Virus record (IMG/VR): IMGVR_UViG_3300023313_000006
Location: 11,324-75,323 of that record
Direction: 5' to 3' (one strand)
From: a virus
DNA length: 64,000 nucleotides
The notes beneath the pieces are model-generated. The model saw only the letters and a program-made list of their open reading frames with translations, did no database searches and had not been told where the DNA came from. The position numbers and the translations under genes were made by a program. Every line of letters begins with the position of its first letter. Positions within the stretch are counted from its first letter, which is position 1. Of the stretch, positions 9,012-20,303 are shown one piece after another.

Positions 9012-10768
9012 TGTCGGCATCGAATACTGTAGCAGAATTAGATTTTGCCAAGATCAAACAAAGTCTAATCGACACGTTCAAAACAAATCCAACATTCACT
9101 GACTACGATTTCAGTGGTTCAACTGTTTCAGCACTGCTCGATATGCTGGCTTATGTTACTCACTATCAGGGCGTATATGCCAATTTAGCATTCGCAGAAC
9201 GATTCATTGATACAGCACAACTACGCAACAGCATCGTTTCATTAGCAAAGGAATTGGGTTATTTTCCGGCGCAAGCAGCACCAGCGAAAGCGACGTTGAC
9301 ATTATCAATCGATGCTGCGAACGTTCCGGGCAATCCTAGCAGCATTATTTCAAATTCAAAGATCAATTTTGTTGGCGTTGACACCAACGACAACAATCAC
9401 GAATTTTGGTCGCAAGCAGACGTGGTGTTCAATCTAAACAATGGTGTCTATAGTGCCGATTTGACGCTGACACAAGGCACACCAGTCGAACAACGATTTG
9501 TATATACGAATGTTGGTCATAGAGCAGAGTTCATTCTTCCCAATTCAAACATCAATCTTGACACAATCGTCGTGAAAGTGAAAGATAATTCGTCTGTTCC
9601 TGATTCACAAGCGGTCACATGGAACAGATCACAAAACATTGGCAACAACACCAGCAGTTCATTGATTTGGTTTATTGAAGAAACAACTGACAATAAGCTA
9701 CGTTTGAGCTTCGGTGATGATGTGATCGGCAAAGCGCCGGCATTGAACAATGAAATCATTGTGACGTATGAAATCAGCGAAGGTAGCGCAGCAAACACAT
9801 CAAAAGGGTTTTCAATCACGTCTGCTAACGTCGCTGGTTATAGCCCCAATCTATTCACAATCAGCAATGAAGTTCAAGCACAAGGCGGTACTGACCCAGA
9901 ACCGATTGAATCAATCCGCTTGAATGCTCCGGGTGTCTATGCTTCACAACAACGAGCAGTGACGATAACCGACTATAGAGCATTGCTATTAAACAAGTTC
10001 CAATGGATCAAATCGATCAACGTCTGGGGCGGCGAAAACAATTCCGTTCCTCAATATGGACAAGTTTATATTTCTATTGTGCCGGATTTTGGGACGAAGA
10101 TGACACTGGCCGAACGAGATAACGTTTCTGCCTTTTTGAACACGGTGTCAATCGTCGGCACAGGCATTCACTTCGTCGATCCGTCAATTCTATATGTTGA
10201 CACAACGACAACAGCAAAATATAGCAGAGATTTGACTTCTGATTCGCACGTTCTAGTTGAGGCCGCTATTGACGCTGCTATCGATTCATATTTCACGACA
10301 ACAAGCGGACTGCTCAACCAAAGCATCAATTTCTCCAAACTGCTAGCAGCAATCGATGCTGCTCATATTGGCGTGACATCAAATATCACTGACCTGAATT
10401 TTCACATGGACATCATTCCTGACACGGTTCATTCAGCGGACGTTGTTCTGGACTTCACCAATGCTATTGTTGCCGGTTCGGTGATGACGAACACTTGGAC
10501 TTCACCAAACGGCGATTCGGTTTATATGAAAGATGACGGTAACGGCAACATTCATTATGTTGTTAATGGCGTTGAATTAAAGAATAGCGGCAACCAATAC
10601 AACGTCGATTATACCAACGGCATCATCACACTGAACGGATTTCTACCGAACATCGCGCCAGCTTCAACAATCACATTCAATGCTAAACCACAATCGAACG
10701 ATTTGGTTGGTGGGCGTTCAACAATCATTGAAATCGGCAACAAAAACACAACGGCAGTTCTAGCATGA
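9011..10768 (+). CDS. gp6: Baseplate wedge gp6
   Basis: ELDF..IK, FTDYDFSGS...LLD.LAY, FGDDVIGK, QQRAVT..DY, WGGENN. Confidence 0.95.
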   Translation: MSASNTVAELDFAKIKQSLIDTFKTNPTFTDYDFSGSTVSALLDMLAYVTHYQGVYANLAFAERFIDTAQLRNSIVSLAKELGYFPAQAAPAKATLTLSIDAANVPGNPSSIISNSKINFVGVDTNDNNHEFWSQADVVFNLNNGVYSADLTLTQGTPVEQRFVYTNVGHRAEFILPNSNINLDTIVVKVKDNSSVPDSQAVTWNRSQNIGNNTSSSLIWFIEETTDNKLRLSFGDDVIGKAPALNNEIIVTYEISEGSAANTSKGFSITSANVAGYSPNLFTISNEVQAQGGTDPEPIESIRLNAPGVYASQQRAVTITDYRALLLNKFQWIKSINVWGGENNSVPQYGQVYISIVPDFGTKMTLAERDNVSAFLNTVSIVGTGIHFVDPSILYVDTTTTAKYSRDLTSDSHVLVEAAIDAAIDSYFTTTSGLLNQSINFSKLLAAIDAAHIGVTSNITDLNFHMDIIPDTVHSADVVLDFTNAIVAGSVMTNTWTSPNGDSVYMKDDGNGNIHYVVNGVELKNSGNQYNVDYTNGIITLNGFLPNIAPASTITFNAKPQSNDLVGGRSTIIEIGNKNTTAVLA

Positions 10769-11922
10769 CACCAAAAAAGCTATCAATTTTCATAGATAGG
10801 TTTTTGCCTTCGCATTTAGTCGAAGAATATCCATACTTGAGAGATTTCATGTATGGATATTTACAGTTTTTGGAAAGAGACAACGGACCCTATGACATCA
10901 TAGCAAAATTGCTGGTTGATGAAAATATCAGCAACTCGGTTGCTCTATATCTCGATTCATTCCAGCAAAAATACACGCCATTCATGCCGAAGGTGAACGT
11001 TGCTGATATTGAGCTAATTGTTCAGCAGATTCGCGCCTTCTACAACAAAAAAGGAACCGAGGACTCTTTCCGTTGGTTGTTCAGGGCTTATTATGGGCAA
11101 GAAATCGATTTCTATTACCCAAGAAACGACATTCTTCGGGCTAGCGACGGCGATTGGTATGCTCCGATCAAATTGGTTTTGGTTGACCAGAATGGAACGT
11201 TGATTGCCGACAAGACAAAATATGTTGGCACAACTTTCGTGGGCAAAACTTCTGGTGACAGATCGAAAGTTGAAAAAATAGAAGTCGGAATCGATGCTAC
11301 TACTGGAACGAGCATCACTTATGCTACAGTCATTGGTTCGTATGGACTGCTACAGCAGGGCGAGCAAATCGTTTGTCTTGAATATCCAACCGATCAAATT
11401 TTCATTCGTGATGCGGCAAATTCGATCATAGAGGTCGGCGGGAAGTGGCGAAATACCAACGGCCACATATCATCAAACAAAATGATTCAAGACAATTACT
11501 ACTATCAGGATTTGTCTTATGAGATCACGGTCGGTATTTCGCCCGACACGTTTTTACTTTTAGCAAATAACGCAATTCATCCGGCGGGACGCAAACTATT
11601 CGCTAAAGTTTACATTAAAAATTCGGCACAAGACACCAACAATGTTGTAGCACTAAGCGAACGACTTTTGTCTATCTACAATAAATACACCATAAGCGCG
11701 TTGATTGGATTGAACGACGTTATTATTAGTGCTGTTCCGACAACACCGTCAATCATGTATTTTTCAAATGTGTTCAACACCACGCCAAACACAATTTACT
11801 TGAACGACAACACGATCAACTTGAACAACGGCAACACATTTTTGAACAACACAACTTATGTTAGTGGCGTTAGTTGGTCGAACCAAACGCAGTTGTTTTC
11901 TGACAACGCATACGTTAGATAA
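10765..11922 (+). CDS. gp7: Baseplate wedge gp7-like (short)
   Basis: FYNKKGTEDSF..LFR, ILRASDGDW, IQDNYYYQDLSY, HPAG. Confidence 0.8.
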   Translation: MTPKKLSIFIDRFLPSHLVEEYPYLRDFMYGYLQFLERDNGPYDIIAKLLVDENISNSVALYLDSFQQKYTPFMPKVNVADIELIVQQIRAFYNKKGTEDSFRWLFRAYYGQEIDFYYPRNDILRASDGDWYAPIKLVLVDQNGTLIADKTKYVGTTFVGKTSGDRSKVEKIEVGIDATTGTSITYATVIGSYGLLQQGEQIVCLEYPTDQIFIRDAANSIIEVGGKWRNTNGHISSNKMIQDNYYYQDLSYEITVGISPDTFLLLANNAIHPAGRKLFAKVYIKNSAQDTNNVVALSERLLSIYNKYTISALIGLNDVIISAVPTTPSIMYFSNVFNTTPNTIYLNDNTINLNNGNTFLNNTTYVSGVSWSNQTQLFSDNAYVR

Positions 11923-11933
11923 AAGAGGACAAA

Positions 11934-12761
11934 ATGGCAGCAATTCTTTCATATTCAAACAAATTAGCACAAGCCAAAGCATTCATCGACAATCACAAAT
12001 CGACGAATGTTCTATATTATGGCATTGGGCACTCTGTTCCGTGGACAAACGAAACAAATCCACCGGCACCAGTGGCCAGCATTTTCGAGGAAAAAACAGT
12101 TTTTGGTGATTTGCTTGGCGCTCATCTAGTCAACACCAAAGACATTGTGCCAGTTGTCCCAAGAAAAGATTGGACGATCAACACCGAGTATTTTTTGAAA
12201 GATGACACAATCGCTAACACACATAGCATCGATTTCTATATTCTAACGTCAAACAACGAAGTTTATTTGTGTAACTCAAAAACAAGTGCTGGTACTCTTT
12301 CTACGGTCGAACCAACTGGCACTGGTGTTGGTGGAATTGTTGACACCGGTGATGGTTACACATGGAAATTTTTGTATGACATCAATGCTTATGATGCCGC
12401 GAACCTAATGAATACGACGTGGATGCCTGTAAACTATTCAGACCACATTTCGACGCTTCAAACATCTTCTGGCGATACCAACGCAATCAGAACACTTGAC
12501 GCGAATGCCGTGTTGGTTTATACGAAGATTGGCGACTTGGATTTACCGTCTGGCATCACTTATCGTCAAGTTTCGATCATTGAAAATCCACTTGAAGCAA
12601 ATTCAAATCCAGCAACAGCACCAAACTATTCACAACCAGCAGACCCGACCAATCCAGATTGGCTAACTGACAGTGGTTCGATTTTGTATATTGACAATAG
12701 ACCACCAATCACGAGAAACATCGGACAAAACGAAGAATTTTTCACCGTACTCGAATTTTAA
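11934..12761 (+). CDS. gp8: Baseplate wedge gp8
   Basis: VVPRKDW, VYLC, GDGYTWKFLY, YRQVSIIENP, GSILYIDNRPPITR. Confidence 0.9.
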   Translation: MAAILSYSNKLAQAKAFIDNHKSTNVLYYGIGHSVPWTNETNPPAPVASIFEEKTVFGDLLGAHLVNTKDIVPVVPRKDWTINTEYFLKDDTIANTHSIDFYILTSNNEVYLCNSKTSAGTLSTVEPTGTGVGGIVDTGDGYTWKFLYDINAYDAANLMNTTWMPVNYSDHISTLQTSSGDTNAIRTLDANAVLVYTKIGDLDLPSGITYRQVSIIENPLEANSNPATAPNYSQPADPTNPDWLTDSGSILYIDNRPPITRNIGQNEEFFTVLEF

Positions 12762-12790
12762 GCGATAAATAGGTTCAAGGAGTTTATTCA

Positions 12791-15700
12791 ATGCCATCTT
12801 ACAATGTTTCGCCATATTACGATGATTTCGATGCGGCAAAAAATTATCTTCGCATTTTGTTTCGTCCGGGACGTGCTGTTCAAGCGCGCGAATTGACGCA
12901 AGCACAAACCATTCTTCAAAATCAGATTGCTTCATTTGGCAACAACATCTTCAAAGACAATTCGCGTATTCTTGGTGCTGAAATCTATGTCAAATCACAA
13001 AAAATCACACTGACGGTCAACCCGGTTGATAGCAATAATGCTTCGGTCGATGTCAATGCTCTGCTGAATCAAGAAATTCAAAAGCTGAATGACAACACCA
13101 CCAAAGCACTAATTTCACACGTTGACGCGACAAACAACAAAGTTTTGCTGACTCTACATGGCGGCAAGTTTGCTGTTGGCGATCAATTCGTCACAATCGA
13201 TCCGGTCACCGGAAATCCGAATGCCGTCAAATATACCATCGACGGAATCAACAACTCTTTGATGGCATATATCAACGATGGCATTATCTATACTGGCGGC
13301 TTTTTCGCAACGGTAGCCAAACAAGAAATTGTTGTCGATACATCCGACACTATGCTCAATAATGAACACGTCGTCGGCTATATCGTCACTGAAACAACGG
13401 TCGATTCGGTAGCAGACCAGACTTTGAATGATAATGCTGCCGGAACAATGAATTTCAACGCACCGGGCGCAGATCGTTTGAAGAAAACAATCACACTATC
13501 TTCTGTTCAAGTGGTGCGTGATGCTGGTGGTTCGGACGTAACTGTTTATCCTGACAACTTTCAGAAGATTCTTGTCGTCAAGAACGGCGTGTCTGTTTCG
13601 GACAACATTCAAAAAGTCAAATATGCTGAAATTCTTGATTTGATGGCCGAACGGACAAAGAAAGAATCGGGCAACTATACAATCAGCGAATACACATACA
13701 CAACTGAAAACGACCCCAATTCTCAAACAACTTTCAATTTGAAGATCGGACCGGGAGAAAGTGTTGTTGATGGCTATAACTATATCAATCAATCGACATA
13801 TACGATGCCGATTCCTAAAGCAAGAACAACCGAAACAGCAAACAATCAGCAACTATATTTTGCTGCTGGCATCGCTGTTGAATTAAGTTCGGTTTCGGTA
13901 GCAGCATTTGACGTTGATGCGGAAGAAACGGTTGAAATCTATAACGACACTGCTGCTGTTGGCACGCTGCTAGGAACAGCAAGAGTTTTATCAGCAGGCT
14001 TAAACACTTATGGCGAATTGACGCTCTACCTAGAAGAAGGTTCTAACGTTGTTAGTAAATTGGCGTCTGCTCGCTCAATCAAAGGATTGACTAGTGGCGC
14101 GATCGGTGTCGTCAAATTGTCTGCTGGCGCTCCGGTATATCAAGTGCTGAACAAGAATGATGCCATTATCGATGTTATCAGTTCATCGCTATATGACAAC
14201 ATTTCAAATATCCCCAACACAAGCGTTTCCTACGATATAGTAAAAACGTATAAAGCCGTACCAGAATCAGCAGTGAATGTTCACACGCTGACAGCACCCG
14301 ACACAACAACCGACTTCTACATTTCATCCGGCGTTTATTTGGTCGTGGATAGTGCTACCGGTGCTGTTCTAACGAACCCAACTGACTACACCTATAGCGT
14401 AGCAAACCAAAATGGTGGACTATCGTCAATGACAATCACCACCGCCGCTACTCATGCTAACATCGATGTCATTGTTCCTATGTATAAATCGGTTGGTTCG
14501 TTGCGCACCAAGACGTTACACAAAAACGTGCAGGAAACATTGACAGCAGACGCAAATGGTGTTATCACTTTAACAAATTATGATATTCTTCAATTCATTT
14601 CAGTTGAAGATATGACTGATCCAGCAAACCCAGTTGTCGTCCCATCATCGTCTTATACGACAGACAATGGACAAACTGACTGGGCATATAACGTTGGTTC
14701 TGTTTCTGGTTTGACAGCAGGAACCAGTTATCGTGTGACATACGATCACTTTTCTCACTCATCGACCGGCGATTATTTCTCCGTCAATTCATACATGAGC
14801 GCAGCGAACACCGATCCAGTTACCGGCTATGCTAATTTGTATAGCATGATTGGCAATTATATTTCACCATCAACCAACTACACCTATAAATTGATTAACT
14901 GTATTGATACTCGACGTTCGCCAGCAATCGCTTCGTCTAGCAAGATTCGAGCCAATAGTCAAAATCTACAGTTGGACTATGATTTTTATGTTGCTCGAAT
15001 TGATAAAATCTACATTTCAAAGACTGGGGTGTTTTCTCGAATTGAAGGCTATCCAGCAGCGGTTCCGGTTGAACCAGCAGCAAAAGACGGCATGGTGTTG
15101 ATGTCGCTGTTCGTTCCACCATACACGCACGACGCGAAAGATACGCAGGTTGCTTTGGTTGAACACAAACGATTCACAATGGCCGATATTGCTGCTATCG
15201 AAAAACGTTTGAGCAACGTCGAAGATTATGTTTCGTACAACATGCTCGAAAAAATGGCGTCTGACCTGACGATCACTGACGCGAATGGTTTGAATCGATA
15301 CAAAAACGGAATTTTCGTTGACAATTTCTTAACCCACTTGAACGGTGCTACAAATCACCCAGACTATTCCGTTACAATCGACGCAATCAACGGTGGCATC
15401 ATTTCGAGACAGATCGAAGATTTTAATGCTCTAGTCATCGATAAAGTAAACAGCAGCGGGATTGTGGTCAACGAAAATACGACCGATCCAGCAATGAGTT
15501 CTGATACTGCTACTCTTGCTTATACCGAAGTTGCTTATATCGAACAATTAGCAAACACCAACACGATCAATGTGAACCCGTATGCTGCTATTGTTTGGCA
15601 TGGCACAATGTCGATCAATCCGGCCACCGATATTTGGGTCGATACTCAATACGAGCCAACAATCAATTTGAGCTATGGTCGCGTTGTTCGTCCAGCTTGG

Positions 15701-17959
15701 ACTTCAACTTCAACGACAGCAATTCACGACGAATATACGATGGTTTATAACCCGTGGAATGATCCGAATGTTGATATGACTAGCCTAATGGCGACGCTCA
15801 ATTCGCGCAAAGATCAGGGCATTCCACACCAAGATACAGCAGCACAAAGAAGCGCAAATATCGATGCTGCTTTCAATGGTGGTGAACAGACTTCTGGTTG
15901 GGTTCAGTTGATCTATGAACGTGACAGAACAATCACAACAACCACAACCACGACCAGAATCGTTCCGACGACCACTTATACGTCAACGGACACGGTTGTT
16001 GGTTCGGCGATGCTTCCTTTCATGCGAGCAACGCAGATCAACTATACGGCGAAAGGAATGCGTCCGAATACACAACTCGTGGCCACGTTCGACGGCATTG
16101 ATGTATCAGCAAATTGTTCTAATTTGATGGTTGACCAATATGGCAACTGTTCGGGCACATTCAGTGTTCCGGCGGGCAAATTCAACACCGGCACAAACGT
16201 TCTGATTCTCGAAGATGTGGACAAAACAACCGACGCATCGGCTTCTCACGTTAGCAGCGGTCGCGTCGATTATCACCAGATCACAACGACCGCTATCCAC
16301 AGCTATCGGGTTATCACGACATCATGGACAAACACAACCACACAAGATAGCTATGCTACGGTGTGGGCAGACCCGATTGCGCAGAGCTTTTTGGTCACAA
16401 CCGAAAATGATGCTGCCGGTGTCTATGTGTCTAGTGTTGATCTATATTTCAAGACGAAAGATGCCACGCTACCCGTCACTGTTCACATCGTTGAAATGTC
16501 AAACGGGATGCCAACACAAAAGATTGTGCCAGACTCAACCGTGACACTGAATGCCGCAGATGTCAATGTTTCCGAGAATGGTTGGACACCGACGACATTC
16601 AAGTTTGAATCGCCCGTTTATTTGCTCAATTCGCACGAATATGCGTTGGTCATTACGTCCAATAGCAACGAATATCTAATTTGGTATGCTAAACAAGGCG
16701 AACCAACTCTGCTAAATCAAGCGGGACAAACAGAAACGAATAGAAGCGGGCAAGCGATTTCCAAGCAGCCATATTTGGGCGTGATGTTCACTTCACAAAA
16801 CAGTTCAACGTGGAGCGAAGATCAAACAGCAGATTTGAAATTCTCGCTGAAACGCTGCGATTTTTCTTCAACAACAGGAACTGTTCTATTAGACACCGAA
16901 GATTTGGTTGCTGCTGGCAAAGACGGGATGACAATTTCCCGCTTTATGACAAACATTTCTCATGTCACACCAGAAGGAACAAATCTAACGTTTGAATACT
17001 CAATCGACAATGGAGCAACGTGGACATTCTTCAACGATCTTGAGAAGAATTACTTTAATGCTGTTCAAACTCTTTCAACGGCGGGCGGCAACAAACCATT
17101 GACAATTAGAGCAAACATGACTTCCACAAACACTTGGGTCACGCCAATCATCGACCTACAACGTTGCGGTTATGCCACGTCAATCAACGTATATGACGCA
17201 ACGGGGAATGCTGGCACTTATATTTCCAAGACGGTCAATTTGAACAATCCTGCTCACGATTTGAGAGTTATGATTGATTTGCTCGAACCAACCGGAACAG
17301 CAGTCAATGTGTTCTTTTCGACACAAACACCGCAAGTTGCTCTATCGGCAGCAAACTTGGTTGGACCAGACGTGGCGGCAGTTCAATCAACAGTGGGTCA
17401 AGATATGTTCGTCTATCATCGTGACGCAACAACTGGAGCATTGACCGAAGCTGGTTCATTCGTGTTGGCGAAAGTTGATAGCACCAACACCTATTTCAAT
17501 GCTATCAGCAACATCGATATAATTAACACACCAGCGAGCTTTGTCAACGTCGATAAAGTGTTCTATACAAACATTTCTGGCTTGACTAGCGCGGTCGATT
17601 GGGCTGCTGGAACACACACCATCGGAACCTATGTGTTCTATCAAAACAATTTGTGGAAAGCACTGGTCACAACTACCACAACACCGGCAGTTAATTCGAC
17701 GGACTGGCAGTTGATTCCTTCAATGACAACAACCAGCGCGATCACACAAGGAACCGAGACCGTTTGGCGTGCTATGAAGAAAGAGACAACTCTACCAGCA
17801 ACCGTCGATCCGGGCAAGAAATTCTACACTTATACAATGATACCAGATGTCGTCATTGAAGAACCTTTCACGGCATTTTCGATTCGAATTGAATTGACTG
17901 GTTCCGACGGTGCTATTGCTTGTACAGCACAAAATCTAAGGGCTATTGCGGTGACATAA
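12791..17959 (+). CDS. VrlC-like (DUF4815-type) large baseplate/structural protein
   Basis: PYYDDFD..KNY.RILFRPG.AVQARELTQAQ.ILQNQI, APGADRLK, DPIAQSF. Confidence 0.85.
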   Translation: MPSYNVSPYYDDFDAAKNYLRILFRPGRAVQARELTQAQTILQNQIASFGNNIFKDNSRILGAEIYVKSQKITLTVNPVDSNNASVDVNALLNQEIQKLNDNTTKALISHVDATNNKVLLTLHGGKFAVGDQFVTIDPVTGNPNAVKYTIDGINNSLMAYINDGIIYTGGFFATVAKQEIVVDTSDTMLNNEHVVGYIVTETTVDSVADQTLNDNAAGTMNFNAPGADRLKKTITLSSVQVVRDAGGSDVTVYPDNFQKILVVKNGVSVSDNIQKVKYAEILDLMAERTKKESGNYTISEYTYTTENDPNSQTTFNLKIGPGESVVDGYNYINQSTYTMPIPKARTTETANNQQLYFAAGIAVELSSVSVAAFDVDAEETVEIYNDTAAVGTLLGTARVLSAGLNTYGELTLYLEEGSNVVSKLASARSIKGLTSGAIGVVKLSAGAPVYQVLNKNDAIIDVISSSLYDNISNIPNTSVSYDIVKTYKAVPESAVNVHTLTAPDTTTDFYISSGVYLVVDSATGAVLTNPTDYTYSVANQNGGLSSMTITTAATHANIDVIVPMYKSVGSLRTKTLHKNVQETLTADANGVITLTNYDILQFISVEDMTDPANPVVVPSSSYTTDNGQTDWAYNVGSVSGLTAGTSYRVTYDHFSHSSTGDYFSVNSYMSAANTDPVTGYANLYSMIGNYISPSTNYTYKLINCIDTRRSPAIASSSKIRANSQNLQLDYDFYVARIDKIYISKTGVFSRIEGYPAAVPVEPAAKDGMVLMSLFVPPYTHDAKDTQVALVEHKRFTMADIAAIEKRLSNVEDYVSYNMLEKMASDLTITDANGLNRYKNGIFVDNFLTHLNGATNHPDYSVTIDAINGGIISRQIEDFNALVIDKVNSSGIVVNENTTDPAMSSDTATLAYTEVAYIEQLANTNTINVNPYAAIVWHGTMSINPATDIWVDTQYEPTINLSYGRVVRPAWTSTSTTAIHDEYTMVYNPWNDPNVDMTSLMATLNSRKDQGIPHQDTAAQRSANIDAAFNGGEQTSGWVQLIYERDRTITTTTTTTRIVPTTTYTSTDTVVGSAMLPFMRATQINYTAKGMRPNTQLVATFDGIDVSANCSNLMVDQYGNCSGTFSVPAGKFNTGTNVLILEDVDKTTDASASHVSSGRVDYHQITTTAIHSYRVITTSWTNTTTQDSYATVWADPIAQSFLVTTENDAAGVYVSSVDLYFKTKDATLPVTVHIVEMSNGMPTQKIVPDSTVTLNAADVNVSENGWTPTTFKFESPVYLLNSHEYALVITSNSNEYLIWYAKQGEPTLLNQAGQTETNRSGQAISKQPYLGVMFTSQNSSTWSEDQTADLKFSLKRCDFSSTTGTVLLDTEDLVAAGKDGMTISRFMTNISHVTPEGTNLTFEYSIDNGATWTFFNDLEKNYFNAVQTLSTAGGNKPLTIRANMTSTNTWVTPIIDLQRCGYATSINVYDATGNAGTYISKTVNLNNPAHDLRVMIDLLEPTGTAVNVFFSTQTPQVALSAANLVGPDVAAVQSTVGQDMFVYHRDATTGALTEAGSFVLAKVDSTNTYFNAISNIDIINTPASFVNVDKVFYTNISGLTSAVDWAAGTHTIGTYVFYQNNLWKALVTTTTTPAVNSTDWQLIPSMTTTSAITQGTETVWRAMKKETTLPATVDPGKKFYTYTMIPDVVIEEPFTAFSIRIELTGSDGAIACTAQNLRAIAVT

Positions 17960-17960
17960 C

Positions 17961-18158
17961 ATGAATAGAGACAAAGAAACACAAAGTCTAGTCAACACCG
18001 ACGTTTCTGCTTATCAGCGACGCTTGAATGAAATCAAGCTAGCAAAAGAAGCGGCGAGGAAACAGCAACAACAAGAAACATTGATGGATCGGGTTGCTGC
18101 TCTCGAAGAAAAGGTCAAAAAGCTAGAACAAAAACTCAAGACCAGCAAGGCTAAATAA
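17961..18158 (+). CDS. Small coiled-coil protein following VrlC
   Basis: RDKETQSLVNTD...Y plus a heptad C-terminus. Confidence 0.7.
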   Translation: MNRDKETQSLVNTDVSAYQRRLNEIKLAKEAARKQQQQETLMDRVAALEEKVKKLEQKLKTSKAK

Positions 18159-18163
18159 TAATC

Positions 18164-18685
18164 ATGGCACAGCAAATTTTAGATACCGTAGGAACCGGCG
18201 ATACCATTCAATCCGGTGCTGTAAAAACAAACGCCAACTTTACCGAATTGTATAATTGGCGAGGTTCAGCAAATGGCGTAGCACCGCTCGATAGCAATGC
18301 GCTGATTCCTCAACAATATCTACCAGCAATAGCAATTTCAAACACATACGTCGTATCGACACAAGCGGCGATGTTAGCATTGACAGCACAGACCGGCGAC
18401 ATTTGTGTTCGTACAGATACGAATGAAACATATATCTTGAGTGGAACAAATCCGTCTGTTCTCGCTGAATGGACGGTCATTCACACACCGACCAACGTGC
18501 CTGTTCAGAGTGTTGCTGGAAGAACGGGCAACATCACTTTGACGGTAGCAGATTTGACGGATGCTGGTACTTCGGCAACCAAGAATGTTGCTGCTGCTGG
18601 CGATGCTGCTGCTGGCGAAGTCGTGATGGGAAATGATAGCAGATTAGTTTCAAAAGCCAAATTGTTCTTTTTCGGACAACTGTAA
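18164..18685 (+). CDS. Fibre anchor/adaptor with gp9/gp10-like N-terminal motif
   Basis: GTGDTIQSGAVKTNANFTELY; module shared with 27592 and 32565. Confidence 0.7.
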   Translation: MAQQILDTVGTGDTIQSGAVKTNANFTELYNWRGSANGVAPLDSNALIPQQYLPAIAISNTYVVSTQAAMLALTAQTGDICVRTDTNETYILSGTNPSVLAEWTVIHTPTNVPVQSVAGRTGNITLTVADLTDAGTSATKNVAAAGDAAAGEVVMGNDSRLVSKAKLFFFGQL

Positions 18686-18702
18686 AAACAAAGGAGAAAT
18701 AA

Positions 18703-19014
18703 ATGGCATCGGGTCAACTAGGCGCTGCGGACTTAACCGCATTGACAAACACTACATTATATACAGCACCGGCTGGAGTCACTAGCACTGTAAATGTCAA
18801 TTTGTGTAACAGAACAGCAGCACCCGTGACTGCTCGTATTGCGCTATCAACAACAGCCACTCCAACTTTGGGCGAATATATTGAATATGATGTATCTATT
18901 CCAGCAAACAGTGCTATTGAGCGCACTGCTATTGTTGTTGGTGGAGGACAGAACATCGTCGTTTATGCTGGTGCGGCTGGTGTTAGTGCTGTAGCAACTG
19001 GCTTTGAAGGGTAG
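18703..19014 (+). CDS. Small beta-rich virion protein
   Basis: Strong AAGGAG RBS; TTLYTAPAG...VNLCNR...YIEYDVSIPAN. Confidence 0.7.
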   Translation: MASGQLGAADLTALTNTTLYTAPAGVTSTVNVNLCNRTAAPVTARIALSTTATPTLGEYIEYDVSIPANSAIERTAIVVGGGQNIVVYAGAAGVSAVATGFEG

Positions 19015-19019
19015 TTGAA

Positions 19020-19727
19020 ATGGGACGTTTTGTTGACAAAAGTTTGAGAGGGCTGACGCTCAAGACACAAGAGTTCACGACCAGCGGCACATTTACACCA
19101 AGCGATGCTTTGCTATCCGGGCTTGGTTTGGTCGAAGTGTTCTTGATTGGTGGCGGCGGAGCAGGAAATGGATTGCCGACTAGCACCACTTCTGCTGGTG
19201 CTTCATCTTTTGGTTCTTTTTTGACTGCTAATGGTGGAAGCGGTGGGTATAATAGAAACACATATTATAACACAAATGTAACAGCTACACCACCACCAGC
19301 AGCAGGTGTACCGACACCATCAAGAGTTTTGAATTATATAACCGGTGCGGGCAACACACCGACCAACGCTTATATTAGCTGGGCACCATCATATTCACAA
19401 CTGTTCGTAGGAAGCGCAGGCGCAAAAAGTCCGTTTGGTGCTGGTGGTGGTGGCTATGTGACAACAAACGTGTCATCATACGGCAACGGAGCGGACGCAC
19501 CACCAACACATTATGGTGCTGGTGGTGGCGGGGGTTATGGTATATCTGGCAATTTATATTACATTGGAACTGGTGGCAGTTCTGGTGCGTGGGTTTATGC
19601 TAAATTGTTCATAAACGAACCAGTCGCCGTCACAATAGGCGCCGGCGGCATAACAACTTCGTCGAATAGTTTGGGTATCGGCGGCAATGGTGCTCCCGGC
19701 TATTGCTTGGTGAAATGGTACGAATAG
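19020..19727 (+). CDS. Glycine-rich fibre tip / receptor-binding protein
   Basis: FTTSGTFTP...IGGGGAG...VTIGAGG...GGNGAPG.C.V.W glycine-rich domain. Confidence 0.7.
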   Translation: MGRFVDKSLRGLTLKTQEFTTSGTFTPSDALLSGLGLVEVFLIGGGGAGNGLPTSTTSAGASSFGSFLTANGGSGGYNRNTYYNTNVTATPPPAAGVPTPSRVLNYITGAGNTPTNAYISWAPSYSQLFVGSAGAKSPFGAGGGGYVTTNVSSYGNGADAPPTHYGAGGGGGYGISGNLYYIGTGGSSGAWVYAKLFINEPVAVTIGAGGITTSSNSLGIGGNGAPGYCLVKWYE

Positions 19728-19735
19728 GAGACATC

Positions 19736-20299
19736 ATGCCTAAATTATATGCTATTCTAAACAACAACACAGTCGAAAACGTCATCCAAGCAGACGCCGA
19801 TTTCATTGCGAACAATTTTCCAGATGCCGTCGATGTCACCGATCAACCAGTGTCGATTGGGCAAATCTATAACGCAAAAACGAAAACCTTTTCGGATTCG
19901 ACGAAATCAAATCAACAATTGTCGCAAACAATCAGCGAATTGTGCGATGAAATCGATAAAACAGCCGAACAAACACGCACAAAATTCGTCACCGTCGGTC
20001 AACTACAACAAACCGTATATGACATCAAAGCGCAAGAAGCAGAACGCTATAAGCAATTGGGCTATCCAAAAGCAACTGCTGATTTTCCCTTGATTGAAGC
20101 TCAAGCCAAACACAAGGGAACATCGGTGAAGCAAGAAGCGGACGAAATCATTGCTACCAAGCGTTTGTGGTTGTCATTAGCGGGACAAATTGAAGGGATC
20201 AGACTAGCAGCGAAGAAACAAATCAAAAACAGTTCGTCCGAACACCAAGCAAGAACATATTATGATGAAGCAGTCAACAAACTATCACAGCTAGGATAA
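19736..20299 (+). CDS. Tail-fibre assembly chaperone-like protein
   Basis: YAIL....VENVI.AD; D..AE..R..F...Y..K..EA. Start moved to the ATG after GGAG. Confidence 0.6.
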   Translation: MPKLYAILNNNTVENVIQADADFIANNFPDAVDVTDQPVSIGQIYNAKTKTFSDSTKSNQQLSQTISELCDEIDKTAEQTRTKFVTVGQLQQTVYDIKAQEAERYKQLGYPKATADFPLIEAQAKHKGTSVKQEADEIIATKRLWLSLAGQIEGIRLAAKKQIKNSSSEHQARTYYDEAVNKLSQLG

Positions 20300-20303
20300 A
20301 AAT